A stretch of DNA of 64,000 bases, taken from the NCBI GenBank assembly GCA_036338595.1, contig JAYZBV010000113.1, forward strand, positions 32,001 to 96,000, read 5' to 3'. The notes beneath the pieces are model-generated. The model searched no databases. It saw only the letters and a program-made list of their open reading frames with translations, and had not been told where the DNA came from. Shown here one piece after another: positions 9,332 to 19,810 of this stretch (position 1 is its first letter; every line of letters begins with the position of its first letter). The position numbers and the translations under genes were made by a program. Source of the DNA: Planctomycetota bacterium (lineage in GTDB: Bacteria > Planctomycetota > UBA8108 > UBA1146).

Positions 9332-10357
9332 TCAGGCCAGGTGATCCAGGGGGCCCGCTACTTTGCCCGAATCGAGCAGGTGGCCGGGAGATCCCTCGAG
9401 TAAGGGGGATTCTGGAGCCCCTCGTTTATCCCGGCGCCGATCAAATTGTCCCCTCGATCCGGGATGTCCTCGGGGTGGTCGAGGCGACCCCTGTGGCCGA
9501 AGACGCGGCTTGTCTCCCGGCTCGGAATCCCCATCGACCCTGCCACCGCCACCAGGGCGAGCAGGTCTTCGGGGCCCCTGATCGCGGCCTCCCTGGCGCA
9601 ATCGGCGTTTCATGCGCGCCTCCTTGCCTTTGCGCAGCAACTTTCGAATCTGGTCCAGTTCCCCCGGATCGAGATGATCGATCGCTTCGATCAGGCGGTG
9701 TGGGCCACCCTGTTGAGTATCCTCCTCGATCCTTCCCGTCTCGATAAAGTGGCTCATCTGATCTCGATCCAGATGCCTGGCCAGATGCATGACACGGTGA
9801 GCAGCCCTGGATAGGGAAAGGGATTGATGCAACTTTCGACGCAGTAGCATCTCTCGTCGGCCGCCCTCTGGCAATTTCTCGATCTGCTTGCGTTCAGAAT
9901 CAGACAACTTCGAGACCATCTGGTCCATCCGGTCACTGATCTGTTGATCCAGAAAGGAACGACGCTCTTTTGGTGCCAATGCCTGGAAGCGCTTTCTGTC
10001 TTCCGGCTCCAGTTGGAAATCCCACAGTTGAAAAGCCGTGCGCCTGCGGCGGACATCCTTGCGGTGCTCTGCGGAGGAGTTCATGAATTTATGTAATCTC
10101 TGGATCAACTTCTTGGAGTCCTCCGGCGGCAGCTCCCTCAATCGCTGGATCAATTGTTTCCTTTGAGTTTCCGGGACAGCATTCAACGCCTTGTGGATGC
10201 GCACCAGTTCACGTCGTTTCTCGACGGAAAGAGCATGCCAGCGCTCGCGAGCGCTGATCTCTGTGGCGGCGTCATCGCGGACCTGTCCCGACAGGGTCAG
10301 TGGAAGTGTCGTTGCGGCGAAGACCAGCAGCAGGAATGCCAGAGTGACGAGTCTCAT
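9332..10357 (-). CDS. exported helical-repeat protein (DUF3106-like) in an ECF sigma cluster
   Basis: Signal peptide; repeated W/F-x-x-L-S/P-x-E-x-R units; ATGA overlap with the upstream gene. Confidence 0.7.
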   Translation of the reverse strand: MRLVTLAFLLLVFAATTLPLTLSGQVRDDAATEISARERWHALSVEKRRELVRIHKALNAVPETQRKQLIQRLRELPPEDSKKLIQRLHKFMNSSAEHRKDVRRRRTAFQLWDFQLEPEDRKRFQALAPKERRSFLDQQISDRMDQMVSKLSDSERKQIEKLPEGGRREMLLRRKLHQSLSLSRAAHRVMHLARHLDRDQMSHFIETGRIEEDTQQGGPHRLIEAIDHLDPGELDQIRKLLRKGKEARMKRRLRQGGRDQGPRRPARPGGGGRVDGDSEPGDKPRLRPQGSPRPPRGHPGSRGQFDRRRDKRGAPESPLLEGSPGHLLDSGKVAGPLDHLA

Positions 10358-10782
10358 CGATCCTCCTCATCCTGACTGACCAGCAGTTCGAGCGGCAACT
10401 CGGCAAGTGCGATGTCAAACCCCTCCACGGTGTCGAAGTGGGAGGGAGCCAGAGCTGCGACCATCTTCGGATCGAAGTCGGAGAGGAGTTCGAGAACATC
10501 CAGCTGCTCGAGCAACTCAGGACCTGGATTCATGACAAGAGAGTTTTCCGGCGATGGACCGGGGTTTTCAGAGGGCGGGGAAGACTGCCAGATCAGGGTG
10601 ATCACCAGCAGGGCAGCCGCTGCAGCAGAGATCGCCCTCCAGCGCCTCTGTCGCATACGGATTCGATGACGTAGCCGACTCAGGAAAGCGACGGAATCGA
10701 CGCTGATCCGAGACTCCGCTCTGGCCGCTTCATCCAGAAGCGACTGGAGAGGTTTGCTGACTTCATGATCGTCTTCGTGCAT
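10354..10782 (-). CDS. putative single-pass anti-sigma factor
   Basis: AGGAGG RBS; RRWRAISAAAAALLVITLIW TM segment; directly downstream of the ECF sigma gene. Confidence 0.65.
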   Translation of the reverse strand: MHEDDHEVSKPLQSLLDEAARAESRISVDSVAFLSRLRHRIRMRQRRWRAISAAAAALLVITLIWQSSPPSENPGPSPENSLVMNPGPELLEQLDVLELLSDFDPKMVAALAPSHFDTVEGFDIALAELPLELLVSQDEEDR

Positions 10783-10832
10783 CCGGCCTCCTGATCCCCA
10801 CGGCAAGAAGCAATGGGGTGGGTTTCGATGAA

Positions 10833-11435
10833 TCAAGATTCATCAGTTCTGCCATCGTTCATGTAGTTCTCCAGTTCTGAAAGCAATTTTCTCCTGGCTC
10901 TGAACAGAACCGATTTTGTCGCAGGAACCGTCAACCCGAGAGTTTCTGCAATACGGGTTACGGACCATCCTTCAAAGTTCTGCAACAGGATCGCTTGGCG
11001 AGCTGGTTCTTCAAGGCGCTCGATCGCTTCCTGAACTGCTTTCACACGCTCACCCTGTAGCAGGCCCTGGGATGGATCGATGGATCTGTCGGACCCTCCG
11101 ACCCAGTCGACTCCGACAATGGCATCGGGATCGCTCGAGAGAGAGGAGCGAGGTTTCCAGCGCTTTCTGGTACGAGTTCGCAATTCGTTGAGTGCAATCC
11201 TTGTCGTCATCTTGGAAATCCAACCTCTGAAAGAGATGGCTTCTCGGAAACGATCACGAGATTTCCAGATCCTGAGAAATACATCCTGTGCGACATCCTC
11301 TGCACCTGCGAGATCCTTGACATACCGTCTGGCCTGGCGAACCACTGCATCGAGGTTCCGTTCGACGAGCATGTCGAACGCGGAGGTATCTCCCCCCTGG
11401 AAGCGACGCATCAATTCTTCATCGTCTACTTCCAT
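10833..11435 (-). CDS. ECF-type RNA polymerase sigma-70 factor
   Basis: DEELMRRFQGGDTSAF, AEDVAQDVFLRIW, F.GWI, and region 4 IAETLG...TKSVLFRARRKL. Confidence 0.92.
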   Translation of the reverse strand: MEVDDEELMRRFQGGDTSAFDMLVERNLDAVVRQARRYVKDLAGAEDVAQDVFLRIWKSRDRFREAISFRGWISKMTTRIALNELRTRTRKRWKPRSSLSSDPDAIVGVDWVGGSDRSIDPSQGLLQGERVKAVQEAIERLEEPARQAILLQNFEGWSVTRIAETLGLTVPATKSVLFRARRKLLSELENYMNDGRTDES

Positions 11436-11544
11436 GCGGTGGGCGCTCCGACTTCATCATGACAACCCCGGGAATACCCCCAGGTCGCCTGGAAAAGGTG
11501 TATTCTGGCCTTGAGGGCCCGATTTTCCCAGGTAGGAGCCTCAA

Positions 11545-12636
11545 TTGCCCAGTAGACCTCAAGAATCAAGGCCTATCGACTTCCGGCCCACGGGGGAGCC
11601 GGTTCCATCGGTTTGCCTCTCCGCGGTCGATGACGCGGCCAGCATCATCGATGTGAGGTCGCCAGGGGAATTTGAAATCGATCATATTCCAGAATCGAAC
11701 AATGTTCCGCTGCTCGATGATGAGGAGCGAAGCACAGCCGGGTCCATCTACCGCAGCGAGGGCCAGGAGACGGCCCAGCAATGGGCGCTCCTGAGACTCT
11801 CATCTCGCCTCGAGAACTTTTTTTGCGCGCTGAAACAACAGGTCGGTGCCAGGACCCATCCGGTGATCTGCTGTGCACGAGGAGGCGCACGATCCGCTCA
11901 TGTGGTCCAGTTCCTGATCGGTCGCGGAATCGAGGCGAGGCAACTCGAAGGGGGCTACCGATCTTTCAGGCAGGGGGTCCGAGAAAACCTATCGACCTGT
12001 ACCCTGGCGAATCTGTTTGTTCTCGATGGGTACACGGGTGTCGGCAAGACGCGACTGTTACAGCGCATCGATGCCAGTCATCCTGGCCGGGTACTCGACC
12101 TGGAACAATACGCAGGCCATCGCTCATCTGTACTGGGAGACATCGGATTGAATCCGACCAGTCAAAAGTGCTTCGAGAGCCATCTGGTGGCCGCTCTCGT
12201 TGGACTCGATCCAGAATCACCCTGGTACCTGATCGAGGGCGAGAGTCGCAAGGTCGGCGACCGTCAGATTCCCCAGGCGCTCTGGGATCGGATGAGTCAA
12301 GCTCCCAGGATCGAGTTGATGGCAGGTCTCGAGAGGCGTGCTCGGATGTTGGTCGAGGACTACACGACCGATGCTGGTTGGCAGCCGGTCATCGATCGGA
12401 TCGAGACACTGCGCGGTTACGACAAGTTGGGAATCGGTGGTGTCGAGCGTGTGCAGGAGCTGCTGAGGGGGGGCCAGGCCATCGAAGCGGCAACCTATCT
12501 GCTGCAACACCATTACGACCCGAGGTACCGACATGGCGGCCAGCAGAAGCAGTTCCTGTTCGCCATCGAGAACCTGGAGACAGCGGCAGCGGCGCAGGAA
12601 CTGGTGAACCGGTTGGACCAGATGGTGGCCAGCTAG
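11545..12636 (+). CDS. mnmH: tRNA 2-selenouridine synthase
   Basis: Rhodanese IDVRSPGEF..HIP, CARGGARS, LEGGY, P-loop GYTGVGKT, DLE..AGHRSS, EGESRKVG, HYDPRY; start uncertain. Confidence 0.9.
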   Translation: MPSRPQESRPIDFRPTGEPVPSVCLSAVDDAASIIDVRSPGEFEIDHIPESNNVPLLDDEERSTAGSIYRSEGQETAQQWALLRLSSRLENFFCALKQQVGARTHPVICCARGGARSAHVVQFLIGRGIEARQLEGGYRSFRQGVRENLSTCTLANLFVLDGYTGVGKTRLLQRIDASHPGRVLDLEQYAGHRSSVLGDIGLNPTSQKCFESHLVAALVGLDPESPWYLIEGESRKVGDRQIPQALWDRMSQAPRIELMAGLERRARMLVEDYTTDAGWQPVIDRIETLRGYDKLGIGGVERVQELLRGGQAIEAATYLLQHHYDPRYRHGGQQKQFLFAIENLETAAAAQELVNRLDQMVAS

Positions 12637-12637
12637 A

Positions 12638-13387
12638 TCAGTCTGGGCGCGGCGCATCTGGCGAGAATTGACCATGGATCAGGAAGTGAATGATCTCCTG
12701 CTGTGTTCTCGCCCTCCAGAACACGAACGTGTGAGACCCTGGAAGTACGATCCGGTCCATCGCTCCCGCCAGTTCCGTACTCTCGATGGGCACCATGGCA
12801 TCGCTTTTTGCTGCAATCACACCGGTTTGAGCCCCTGGCACATTTCCCGCCGGAATCGGGCCGCCGTCTCGATTTGAGAGTTCCTCGAGCGAGAGGATCC
12901 AGGGGCCCACCAGGCCCTCAAAGGCCTTCGCTACGGGTGAGCCGCGATTGGGGGGGGAAATCTGGACGACTCTTCCTATTCCTGGAATCGCCGGGCTGGT
13001 GGCCTTGACGGCAATCACGGCCCCGAGACTGTGGCCGATGACATGAAGGGGTACATCGGGTTCCTGATCGACCTGCTCCAGCAGGTATTCTCGCAACTCC
13101 GTGGCCAGCGTTTCTACCGTCTGTTGAGTCGATGTATAGCGGTACTCGATCACATCGAAGCCAGCATTCCGGAGTGCCGGATGTAAGGGGCGCATCGCTC
13201 GCTGGGTGCGAAACAGGCCGTGAACCACCAGTACTCGCTGTCTGCTCGAAACTTCCAGCATCGTATCCTCCACGAGGTCCGGCAAACTGTTACACCCGGA
13301 CACGATCACCAGCAGCCATAATACACAACTGGCGAGGGTCAACCGAAGATGATTGCTGTACCGATGTGACACTGGAATTGGCGTCAT
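12638..13387 (-). CDS. alpha/beta-fold hydrolase (lipase/esterase-like), probable lipoprotein
   Basis: VVHGL, GHSLG nucleophile motif, PPNRGS, D..V and H triad positions; lipobox VSGC. Confidence 0.8.
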   Translation of the reverse strand: MTPIPVSHRYSNHLRLTLASCVLWLLVIVSGCNSLPDLVEDTMLEVSSRQRVLVVHGLFRTQRAMRPLHPALRNAGFDVIEYRYTSTQQTVETLATELREYLLEQVDQEPDVPLHVIGHSLGAVIAVKATSPAIPGIGRVVQISPPNRGSPVAKAFEGLVGPWILSLEELSNRDGGPIPAGNVPGAQTGVIAAKSDAMVPIESTELAGAMDRIVLPGSHTFVFWRARTQQEIIHFLIHGQFSPDAPRPD

Positions 13388-13526
13388 AGTCCTCCGGATA
13401 ACCAGCATCCCCGCATGGCACTCTCTCAACAAGTGGCGATCCGATTGAGGGGCACACATCGAGTGCTTCCGTCCCTTGAATGAAGTGAGGGGTGCTCGAA
13501 CAGAGTTCGGGCACCCCTGGAAATTC

Positions 13527-13602
13527 TGGTGGACCTGAGGGGGATCGAACCCCTGACCTCTGCATTGCGAACGCAGCGCTCTCCCATCTGAGCTACAGGC
13601 CC
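13527..13602 (-). tRNA. tRNA-Ala(CGC) with encoded CCA
   Basis: GGGCCTG/CAGGTCC acceptor stem with G3:U70, CTGCG-TT-CGC-AA-TGCAG anticodon arm, GGTTCGATCC T-loop. Confidence 0.96.
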
Positions 13603-13637
13603 ATTTTCTGTATTGTGCAAGCGCCCACTCGCCATCG

Positions 13638-13721
13638 TGCCGATAGGCTAGGACTCCCTGCCGATAGGCTAGGACTCCCTGCCGATAGGCTAGGACTCCC
13701 TGCCGATAGGCTAGGACTCCC
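13638..13721. repeat. perfect tandem repeat, 4 x 21 bp (TGCCGATAGGCTAGGACTCCC)
   Basis: Four identical head-to-tail copies with no spacers, intergenic between lpxD and tRNA-Ala. Confidence 0.97.
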
Positions 13722-13769
13722 AGACGGGCCCTTCACCTTATAGAGAGGAGGCGCGTCGACCTCAAGAGA

Positions 13770-14813
13770 TTACGAGGATGTCGATGAGTCGGTTTGCTGT
13801 TTCAACTGATGTTCCAGGTCACGGATCCGCTGACGCAATTCAGGCAATTGAGACATGATTCCGAAGATCTTGCGCATCTGTCGTGCGTCGTCAGCGGGGA
13901 TCCCCATCAGCAGTTGCTGTCCATCAAAACTGCGCATGATGGCAGATTTGGCTGCGACCCGGGTCCTGTCTCCGACCTCGATGTGTCCGATCATTCCACT
14001 CTGGCCACCGAACTCACAGCCGTCACCGATCGTGGAAGAGCCAGCAATACCGACCTGAGCTGCGAAGTAGCATCCGGATCCCACATCTACATTGTGAGCG
14101 ATATGTACCAGGTTATCGATCTTGCTTCCTTCTCCGATGGAAGTGTCCTCGAGCGCACCGCGATCGATGGTGCAGTTGCAGCCAATCTCGACATCTCGTC
14201 CGATCACGACACCTCCCCGGTGGGGGATCTTTCTGGGTCCGTCCTCGCCGGAAGCGTATCCGAAACCATCTCCGCCGATCACGCTGCCGGCGTGAATCGT
14301 TGTGCCGTCACCGATGGTTGTGCCCGCATAGATGACAACATTGGAATGCAGCACGACACCCGCACCGATACTGGAGGGGCCGAGGATCACGACACCGGGG
14401 TGAATCACAGCTTCCGCACTGATCTCCACGGCAGCATCGATGAATGCACCAGGAGCGATCGAGACTTCTCCTTCGATGGTGGCATCTGCATGGATCTGAG
14501 CATTGTCGCTGATGCCAGAAAAGGGTGGATCAGGTTCCGGATGCAGCAACAAGATGGCCCTGGCAAAAGCACTGTTGGAATTGTCATGTCGGATGATGGC
14601 TGGAACATCGCCCAGATGTTCTGAAGTTCTCTGCGCCCCGACGATGACAGCCGAGGCGGCGATTCCGTCAGGAATCGGGCGGTCATCGGCGATCCAGGCC
14701 AGATCACCATCTCCGGCGCTTTCTGGCGGCTGGACCCGATGGAGCACGATGTCCGGCTGGCCTTCGAGTTCGCCGCCGATCCTGTCGGCAATCTCCTGCG
14801 CTTCCATCGTCAT
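13770..14813 (-). CDS. lpxD: UDP-3-O-(3-hydroxyacyl)glucosamine N-acyltransferase
   Basis: Hexapeptide repeats, [34 protein letters not shown]. Confidence 0.95.
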   Translation of the reverse strand: MTMEAQEIADRIGGELEGQPDIVLHRVQPPESAGDGDLAWIADDRPIPDGIAASAVIVGAQRTSEHLGDVPAIIRHDNSNSAFARAILLLHPEPDPPFSGISDNAQIHADATIEGEVSIAPGAFIDAAVEISAEAVIHPGVVILGPSSIGAGVVLHSNVVIYAGTTIGDGTTIHAGSVIGGDGFGYASGEDGPRKIPHRGGVVIGRDVEIGCNCTIDRGALEDTSIGEGSKIDNLVHIAHNVDVGSGCYFAAQVGIAGSSTIGDGCEFGGQSGMIGHIEVGDRTRVAAKSAIMRSFDGQQLLMGIPADDARQMRKIFGIMSQLPELRQRIRDLEHQLKQQTDSSTSS

Positions 14814-15862
14814 CAGTTGCTCCGTATCCGAATCACGCCGAGTAGGTCGACCACAAGAGGCTCGCTCTCACCGGTATCGAGAGTCAGACTCAACTTACCA
14901 TAGATACCACCAGCAGTTGTTGGGAATGGATCTGCGATGTAAGCGCGTATCTCGACACTTCCATCCTCCTGCGGTTTGGTCGAGAAGGAAATGTCCAGGC
15001 CAGCTGGATTTCGGGTCAGTTCGAGCTGGGACCCGAGAACCTTCAGCGGTTTCCCATCCGCTCTTCGCAACTTCAATGTGCTTTCGGCGAATCCACTCTG
15101 ACTGACCTGATTCAGGTTCCATGACTGAGGTTGGTGAACAATCAGCCCGAAGGCACGTCCTCGAATGGGCATGACGAAGGGCAGACCATTGCAAAGGCCC
15201 TCGATCTGGCCCACGAAGCGCCCTCGTGCAATTCCCGCTGTGGCGGTCACTTCGATGCGCGCCCGACTTCCCTTCGGCTCGAGGAGCCTGACTTTGAAGT
15301 GCTGGGCGCTGCTCTTCAGATTCTCTATCGATGGGGGCTCGGTCGTGCCGCTCTGCGTCAGTTCAAGGATCCGAGAGGACTCTGCAATCGGGCCAGCGGT
15401 GGAGGTCGCCAGCACGAGATCGCGACTCGAGGGCCTCACAGATGGGTGGAAGTTTGCCTGTACAGGTAGCCGTACCACCGGCAGGTTCCCTACCAGCACC
15501 TCGACCTTCTTGGAGAAGTCGCCCCAGCCCCGTCCAAGACTCAGGTCGAACTGGAAGTTGCGCTTTTCCCCGGGACCCAGCGGTGTACGGACATCGTGAG
15601 GGCGCATCTTGATACAGCCACAACTGGGACGGATCGAAGAGATCTTGACGGGCTCCTTGGTCATGTTGACGATCTGGAACTCCAGCAATCGCTTGCCGCC
15701 ATGTCCGACCCTGCCCAGGTCGATGCTGGTCGGTTGGAGTGCGAGACTACTACTGGACGATTGAGCCTCGAGGATCGAGCCCAGAGGTACCAGCAAGACG
15801 AGCATCGTGGCGAGGATCCAGTTCCGTGCGGATCCGGGTTGACGGGTCGAGTTGCATCGCAT
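14813..15862 (-). CDS. exported DUF1573 / Ig-like domain protein
   Basis: Signal peptide, IDLGRV, F.I.N, RPSCGC motif; TGATG coupling to lpxD; AAGGAG RBS. Confidence 0.75.
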   Translation of the reverse strand: MRCNSTRQPGSARNWILATMLVLLVPLGSILEAQSSSSSLALQPTSIDLGRVGHGGKRLLEFQIVNMTKEPVKISSIRPSCGCIKMRPHDVRTPLGPGEKRNFQFDLSLGRGWGDFSKKVEVLVGNLPVVRLPVQANFHPSVRPSSRDLVLATSTAGPIAESSRILELTQSGTTEPPSIENLKSSAQHFKVRLLEPKGSRARIEVTATAGIARGRFVGQIEGLCNGLPFVMPIRGRAFGLIVHQPQSWNLNQVSQSGFAESTLKLRRADGKPLKVLGSQLELTRNPAGLDISFSTKPQEDGSVEIRAYIADPFPTTAGGIYGKLSLTLDTGESEPLVVDLLGVIRIRSN

Positions 15863-15994
15863 CGCTGGGATCTCCTTGATCACATTGTAACCGCCACGAA
15901 GTTCCTGTGGTGGGGATCTGGTGCTGGCTGCTGGCATGATCTATTTTCGGGGAAAATTGCAATGCACAGCGGTTGAGAGCGAGTAGGGGGAGAA

Positions 15995-16633
15995 ATGGCA
16001 GCCAGCACCATCGAGCAAGTCTGGGGGATTCCGCGCGAGGCGATGCTCCAGCAGGTCGGAGATTTCCAGGGATTCAGGGCGGATCCCGCGGATTTGCTGG
16101 CGCGTTGTCGTGATCTGGAGCCGCACGGGTCGTTTCGTCCACGCGATCAGGTCGAAGATGATCCGCACTGGAAACAGGTGATTCCGTACCTCGTGCTACG
16201 CCATCGAGACCGGGTGCTTCGTCTGCGTCGCCTTTCGACCCAGGGAGAGTCTCGGCTGCATCACCGGATTTCCATCGGTGTGGGAGGTCATGTCAATCCC
16301 GAGCCGGCGGGTCCAGAACCGCTCCTGATGCGCGGCATGAGGAGAGAACTGGCAGAGGAGGTTCGGCTGCTTCGCGCTCCCGGCCAGTTTCGATTGCTCG
16401 GCTGGATCAATGACGATGCGACAGATGTAGGACAGGTTCACCTGGGCCTGGCGATCGAGGCGACACTGGACCACCCGGCGCAGATCAGAGAGACGGACCG
16501 GATGGAGGGCCTGTGGCTGCCTCTGACGCAACTCTGTGCCACGGATCCTGCCTGGGAATCCTGGTCAGCACTGCTGATCCCCGTACTGGAACCCCATGAG
16601 CATGATCCGGCGGGTTCCAAAGCTTTGTCCTGA
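15995..16633 (+). CDS. NUDIX-fold phosphoesterase-like protein
   Basis: EDDPHWKQVIPY, E.RLH...SIGVGGHVN, RELAEEV, INDD...VG.VHLG, ESWS. Confidence 0.85.
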   Translation: MAASTIEQVWGIPREAMLQQVGDFQGFRADPADLLARCRDLEPHGSFRPRDQVEDDPHWKQVIPYLVLRHRDRVLRLRRLSTQGESRLHHRISIGVGGHVNPEPAGPEPLLMRGMRRELAEEVRLLRAPGQFRLLGWINDDATDVGQVHLGLAIEATLDHPAQIRETDRMEGLWLPLTQLCATDPAWESWSALLIPVLEPHEHDPAGSKALS

Positions 16634-16649
16634 AACCACTCCGGCTCGA

Positions 16650-16679
16650 TTGACGCTCCATCCGGTGCGGGGCTAGAAT
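16650..16679 (+). promoter_or_regulatory. sigma70-type promoter for the tRNA-Gln/glmU cluster
   Basis: TTGACG-N18-TAGAAT. Confidence 0.6.
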
Positions 16680-16744
16680 CAACCAGCGACGAGCAGGCGA
16701 CCCTTCGTTGGAGGGAAGTCCTCGTTCAGGGTAACGACTGTTGC

Positions 16745-16819
16745 TACCCGGTGGTGTAATTGGCAACACAACTGGTTTTGGTCCAGTCATTCGAGGTTCG
16801 AGTCCTCGCCGGGTAGCCA
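16745..16819 (+). tRNA. tRNA-Gln(TTG) with encoded CCA
   Basis: TACCCGG/CCGGGTA acceptor stem, ACTGG-TT-TTG-GT-CCAGT anticodon arm, GGTTCGAGTCC T-loop. Confidence 0.96.
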
Positions 16820-16907
16820 TTCTTAGTCACGACCAGTGGGCGCACGTATCGCAATAAAATCTGCACCCATCACCAGCCGGATGGTGCAGCAGGACAGGAA
16901 TGCTTCG

Positions 16908-18227
16908 ATGGACCCCAATTTCTCCGCCATCCTCCTGGCCGCGGGACGAGGGTCGCGAATGAAGTCACAGCGCCCCAAAGTTCTCCATGAAATCCTTGGT
17001 GTCCCGATGATCGAGGTGGTCACGAGAAATGTGCGCGATTCCGGTGCCGTTGACCTGGTAGTGGTCCTTGGGCATGGAGCGGAAGAAGTTCGTGGATGCC
17101 TTGACGATGGCAAGGCTCGCATTGCGATTCAGGAGAAACAACTCGGCACCGCCGACGCATTGCTGGCCGCACTTCAACAGCAGCCTCCCGCTCATCCGCA
17201 GGTACTGGTCGTCAATGGGGATCTGCCTGATCTGGACCCGACTCTGCTGTCTTCATTTGTAAGTGACCATCGGAACAGTTCATCGGCGTTTTCAGTGGCG
17301 ACCGCAACAGTGGCGGATCCGGCTGGCATGGGTCGCATTGTTCGCGATCAGACGGGTGGGTTCATTTCCATCGTGGAAGAGGAGCAAGCCTCCGAGCTCG
17401 AACGCGCCATACACGAGGTCAATCTTGGTCTGTACGTACTCGACGCCGAGATGGTGACACCAGTGATCGCTGAGATGGTGACGGAGGATCTGTCCAGCGG
17501 GGATCCCCCCGGAGAGAGCTACCTGACCCACCTGGTCGAGGTGCTGGTCAAGAGATCCATGCCCGTAGCTGCGATCGGTGTCGGAGTTGACCAGCAGTTC
17601 CTCCAGGTCAATGATCGGGTAGGACTGGCTCGAGTTTCCAGAAATATTCAGGACCGGTTGCAGCAGCAGTTTCTGGCGCAGGGCGTGACGATTGTCGATC
17701 CGGCCACGACCTGGATCGAATTCGAGGTATCGATCGGCCAGGATACCGTGATCCATCCCCAGACGATCGTGCGGCGAAATGTCCGGGTCGGGGCGAATTG
17801 TGAGATCGGCCCCTTCGCACATCTCAGAAGCGGCACCGTGATCGGTGACGATGTGAAGGTGGGCGACTTCGTGGAGATCAACAGGAGCGAGCTTGCCGAT
17901 GGAGTTCGAGCCAAGCATCTCGCATACCTCGGCGATACAAAGGTCGAACGGGGAGCCAATATCGGAGCGGGAGCCGTTGTGGCAAATTACGACGGTGTCA
18001 AAAAATCTCCGACGACCATCGGCGAGGACGCATTCATCGGCAGTGGCTCGGTCATCGTGGCGCCGGGCAATATCGGTGCTGGTGCAGTGGTCGCCGCAGG
18101 AGCCGTGGTTCCTCCCGGTAGGGAGGTGCGCCCAGGGACGACTGTCCTCGGTGTTCCTGCACGAGAGAGAAATTCGCAACAGGACCAAACAGGTGATGTT
18201 CGTGAGGATGAAAGAGAGATCCGATGA
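16908..18227 (+). CDS. glmU: bifunctional GlcNAc-1-P uridyltransferase / glucosamine-1-P acetyltransferase
   Basis: ILLAAGRGSRMKS..PKVLH, QLGTADA, NGDLP, GPFAHLR, KHLAYLGD, NIGAG...ANYDG. Confidence 0.93.
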   Translation: MDPNFSAILLAAGRGSRMKSQRPKVLHEILGVPMIEVVTRNVRDSGAVDLVVVLGHGAEEVRGCLDDGKARIAIQEKQLGTADALLAALQQQPPAHPQVLVVNGDLPDLDPTLLSSFVSDHRNSSSAFSVATATVADPAGMGRIVRDQTGGFISIVEEEQASELERAIHEVNLGLYVLDAEMVTPVIAEMVTEDLSSGDPPGESYLTHLVEVLVKRSMPVAAIGVGVDQQFLQVNDRVGLARVSRNIQDRLQQQFLAQGVTIVDPATTWIEFEVSIGQDTVIHPQTIVRRNVRVGANCEIGPFAHLRSGTVIGDDVKVGDFVEINRSELADGVRAKHLAYLGDTKVERGANIGAGAVVANYDGVKKSPTTIGEDAFIGSGSVIVAPGNIGAGAVVAAGAVVPPGREVRPGTTVLGVPARERNSQQDQTGDVREDEREIR

Positions 18228-19177
18228 GCCAGGAACTATCAGACCGCATGGTGGTCATCAGTGGAAACTCGAACCGAGCCCTGGCGAACAAGATCTGTTC
18301 AGAACTGGGGCTCGAAAGTGGCCATGCCAAGGTCACCCGGTTTCCAGATGGTGAGATCTCCGTGACTCTTGAGGAAGATGTCCGAGGTAAGGATGTGTTC
18401 GTGGTTCAATCCACATGTCCTCCGGTCAATGAGAACCTGATGGAACTGTTGGTGATGATCGACTGTGTCAAACGATCGTCCGCTGCGCGAATCACGGCAG
18501 TGATCCCATACTTTGGCTATGCCCGTCAAGACAGGCGTGAGCAGGGCGCACGGGTTCCGATCACCGCCAAACTGGTCGCCAACTTGATCGTCGCTTCAGG
18601 AGCAGATCGTGTCGTGACGATGGATCTGCATTGTGAACAAATTCAGGGATTCTTTGATATCCCGGTAGATCATGTCTACGCCGGTTCGATCATCATCGAC
18701 CACTACGCTGAGAAGAAGATGACGGACCTTGTTGTGGTGAGTCCGGATGTCGGGGCCATCAAGATGGCTCGCGCCTATAGCCGAGGACTCGGAGCGAGAC
18801 TGGCTACCGTCGATAAGCGTCGAGTGAGCGGAGAAGAGACCGAGATCGGTTTCATCATCGGAGAAGTCGCAGGGCTTCACGCGATCCTCGCTGACGATGT
18901 CATCGCCACGGGTGGTTCGATCACCAAGGCCGCCGATCTGATCCTTCAAAAAGGTGCGAAATCGGTATTTCTCGCCTGTACACATCCGGTGCTGTGTGGG
19001 CCTGCCGTGGAGCGGCTCCAGGCCAGCCCTGCGAAGGAGTTTGCAGTTGTCGATACCATTCCCGTGGACGGAAAGATATTCGATGATAGGGTAACGCTAC
19101 TGTCGTGTGCCCCGGCCTTCGCCAATTCGATCCGGCAAATTCACAAGTCAGCTTCGATTGGTCGAAACATTTTATAA
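18224..19177 (+). CDS. prs: ribose-phosphate pyrophosphokinase
   Basis: FPDGE, NENLMELL, PYFGYARQDR, DLH..QIQGFF, SPDVG, DDVIATGGS. Confidence 0.97.
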   Translation: MSQELSDRMVVISGNSNRALANKICSELGLESGHAKVTRFPDGEISVTLEEDVRGKDVFVVQSTCPPVNENLMELLVMIDCVKRSSAARITAVIPYFGYARQDRREQGARVPITAKLVANLIVASGADRVVTMDLHCEQIQGFFDIPVDHVYAGSIIIDHYAEKKMTDLVVVSPDVGAIKMARAYSRGLGARLATVDKRRVSGEETEIGFIIGEVAGLHAILADDVIATGGSITKAADLILQKGAKSVFLACTHPVLCGPAVERLQASPAKEFAVVDTIPVDGKIFDDRVTLLSCAPAFANSIRQIHKSASIGRNIL

Positions 19178-19220
19178 GTGACACGTCCAGGTTGCCTGGA
19201 CGCTGAAAGGCGACGAGACG

Positions 19221-19778
19221 ATGGACAAGTTCGTGATGGAGGGCAAGGTCAGAGATTCCTCCGACAAGGGGAGCCGTTCTGCGAGGAGCCTGAGAGCATC
19301 TGGCCAGATGCCGGTCAATGTTTACGGATCAGGGCAGGCCAATTCGATGCTGGCTGTCGATTCGACGGCCTTTTACCAGGCACTGGAAAATAGCCACAGA
19401 TTGTTCCAGATCGATTGTGATGGCCACTCGGAACTGGGCCTGATCAAGGAAGTGCAATACGACACCTTCGGTGATCATACCATTCATGCGGATCTGGCCA
19501 GGGTGAAGATGGACGATGTGGTCGAGACCACGATCCATATCCAGACGATTGGTATCGCCAAGGGGACTAGCGCCGGGGGAACTCTTGATATCGCTTACCA
19601 CCATATGCCAGTTCGAGGAAAGTTGAGCGATCTGACCAACAAGATGGTGGTCAATATCGAGAATATTGCTGCGGATGAATCCATCCGAGTGCGCGATCTC
19701 GACTTACCCGACGGTGTCGAGTCGACACTTCCAGCGGAAACACCCATCATCATGGTTCATGGGCGCCGCGGAGGCTGA
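19221..19778 (+). CDS. rplY: 50S ribosomal protein L25 (Ctc form)
   Basis: ARSLR..GQMPVNVYG, IKEVQYD, HADL, C-terminal beta domain; prs-rplY-pth synteny. Confidence 0.93.
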   Translation: MDKFVMEGKVRDSSDKGSRSARSLRASGQMPVNVYGSGQANSMLAVDSTAFYQALENSHRLFQIDCDGHSELGLIKEVQYDTFGDHTIHADLARVKMDDVVETTIHIQTIGIAKGTSAGGTLDIAYHHMPVRGKLSDLTNKMVVNIENIAADESIRVRDLDLPDGVESTLPAETPIIMVHGRRGG

Positions 19779-19810
19779 TTCCTCCCGGCTTCTGGTGAGG
19801 AAGGGCGCCG

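Noticed and set aside
13638..13721. CRISPR array
   Set aside because: Repeats are directly abutting with no spacers, and no cas genes are in the window
13492..13743. ORF encoding (ADRLGLP)n
   Set aside because: Runs antisense through tRNA-Ala and merely translates the 21-bp repeat
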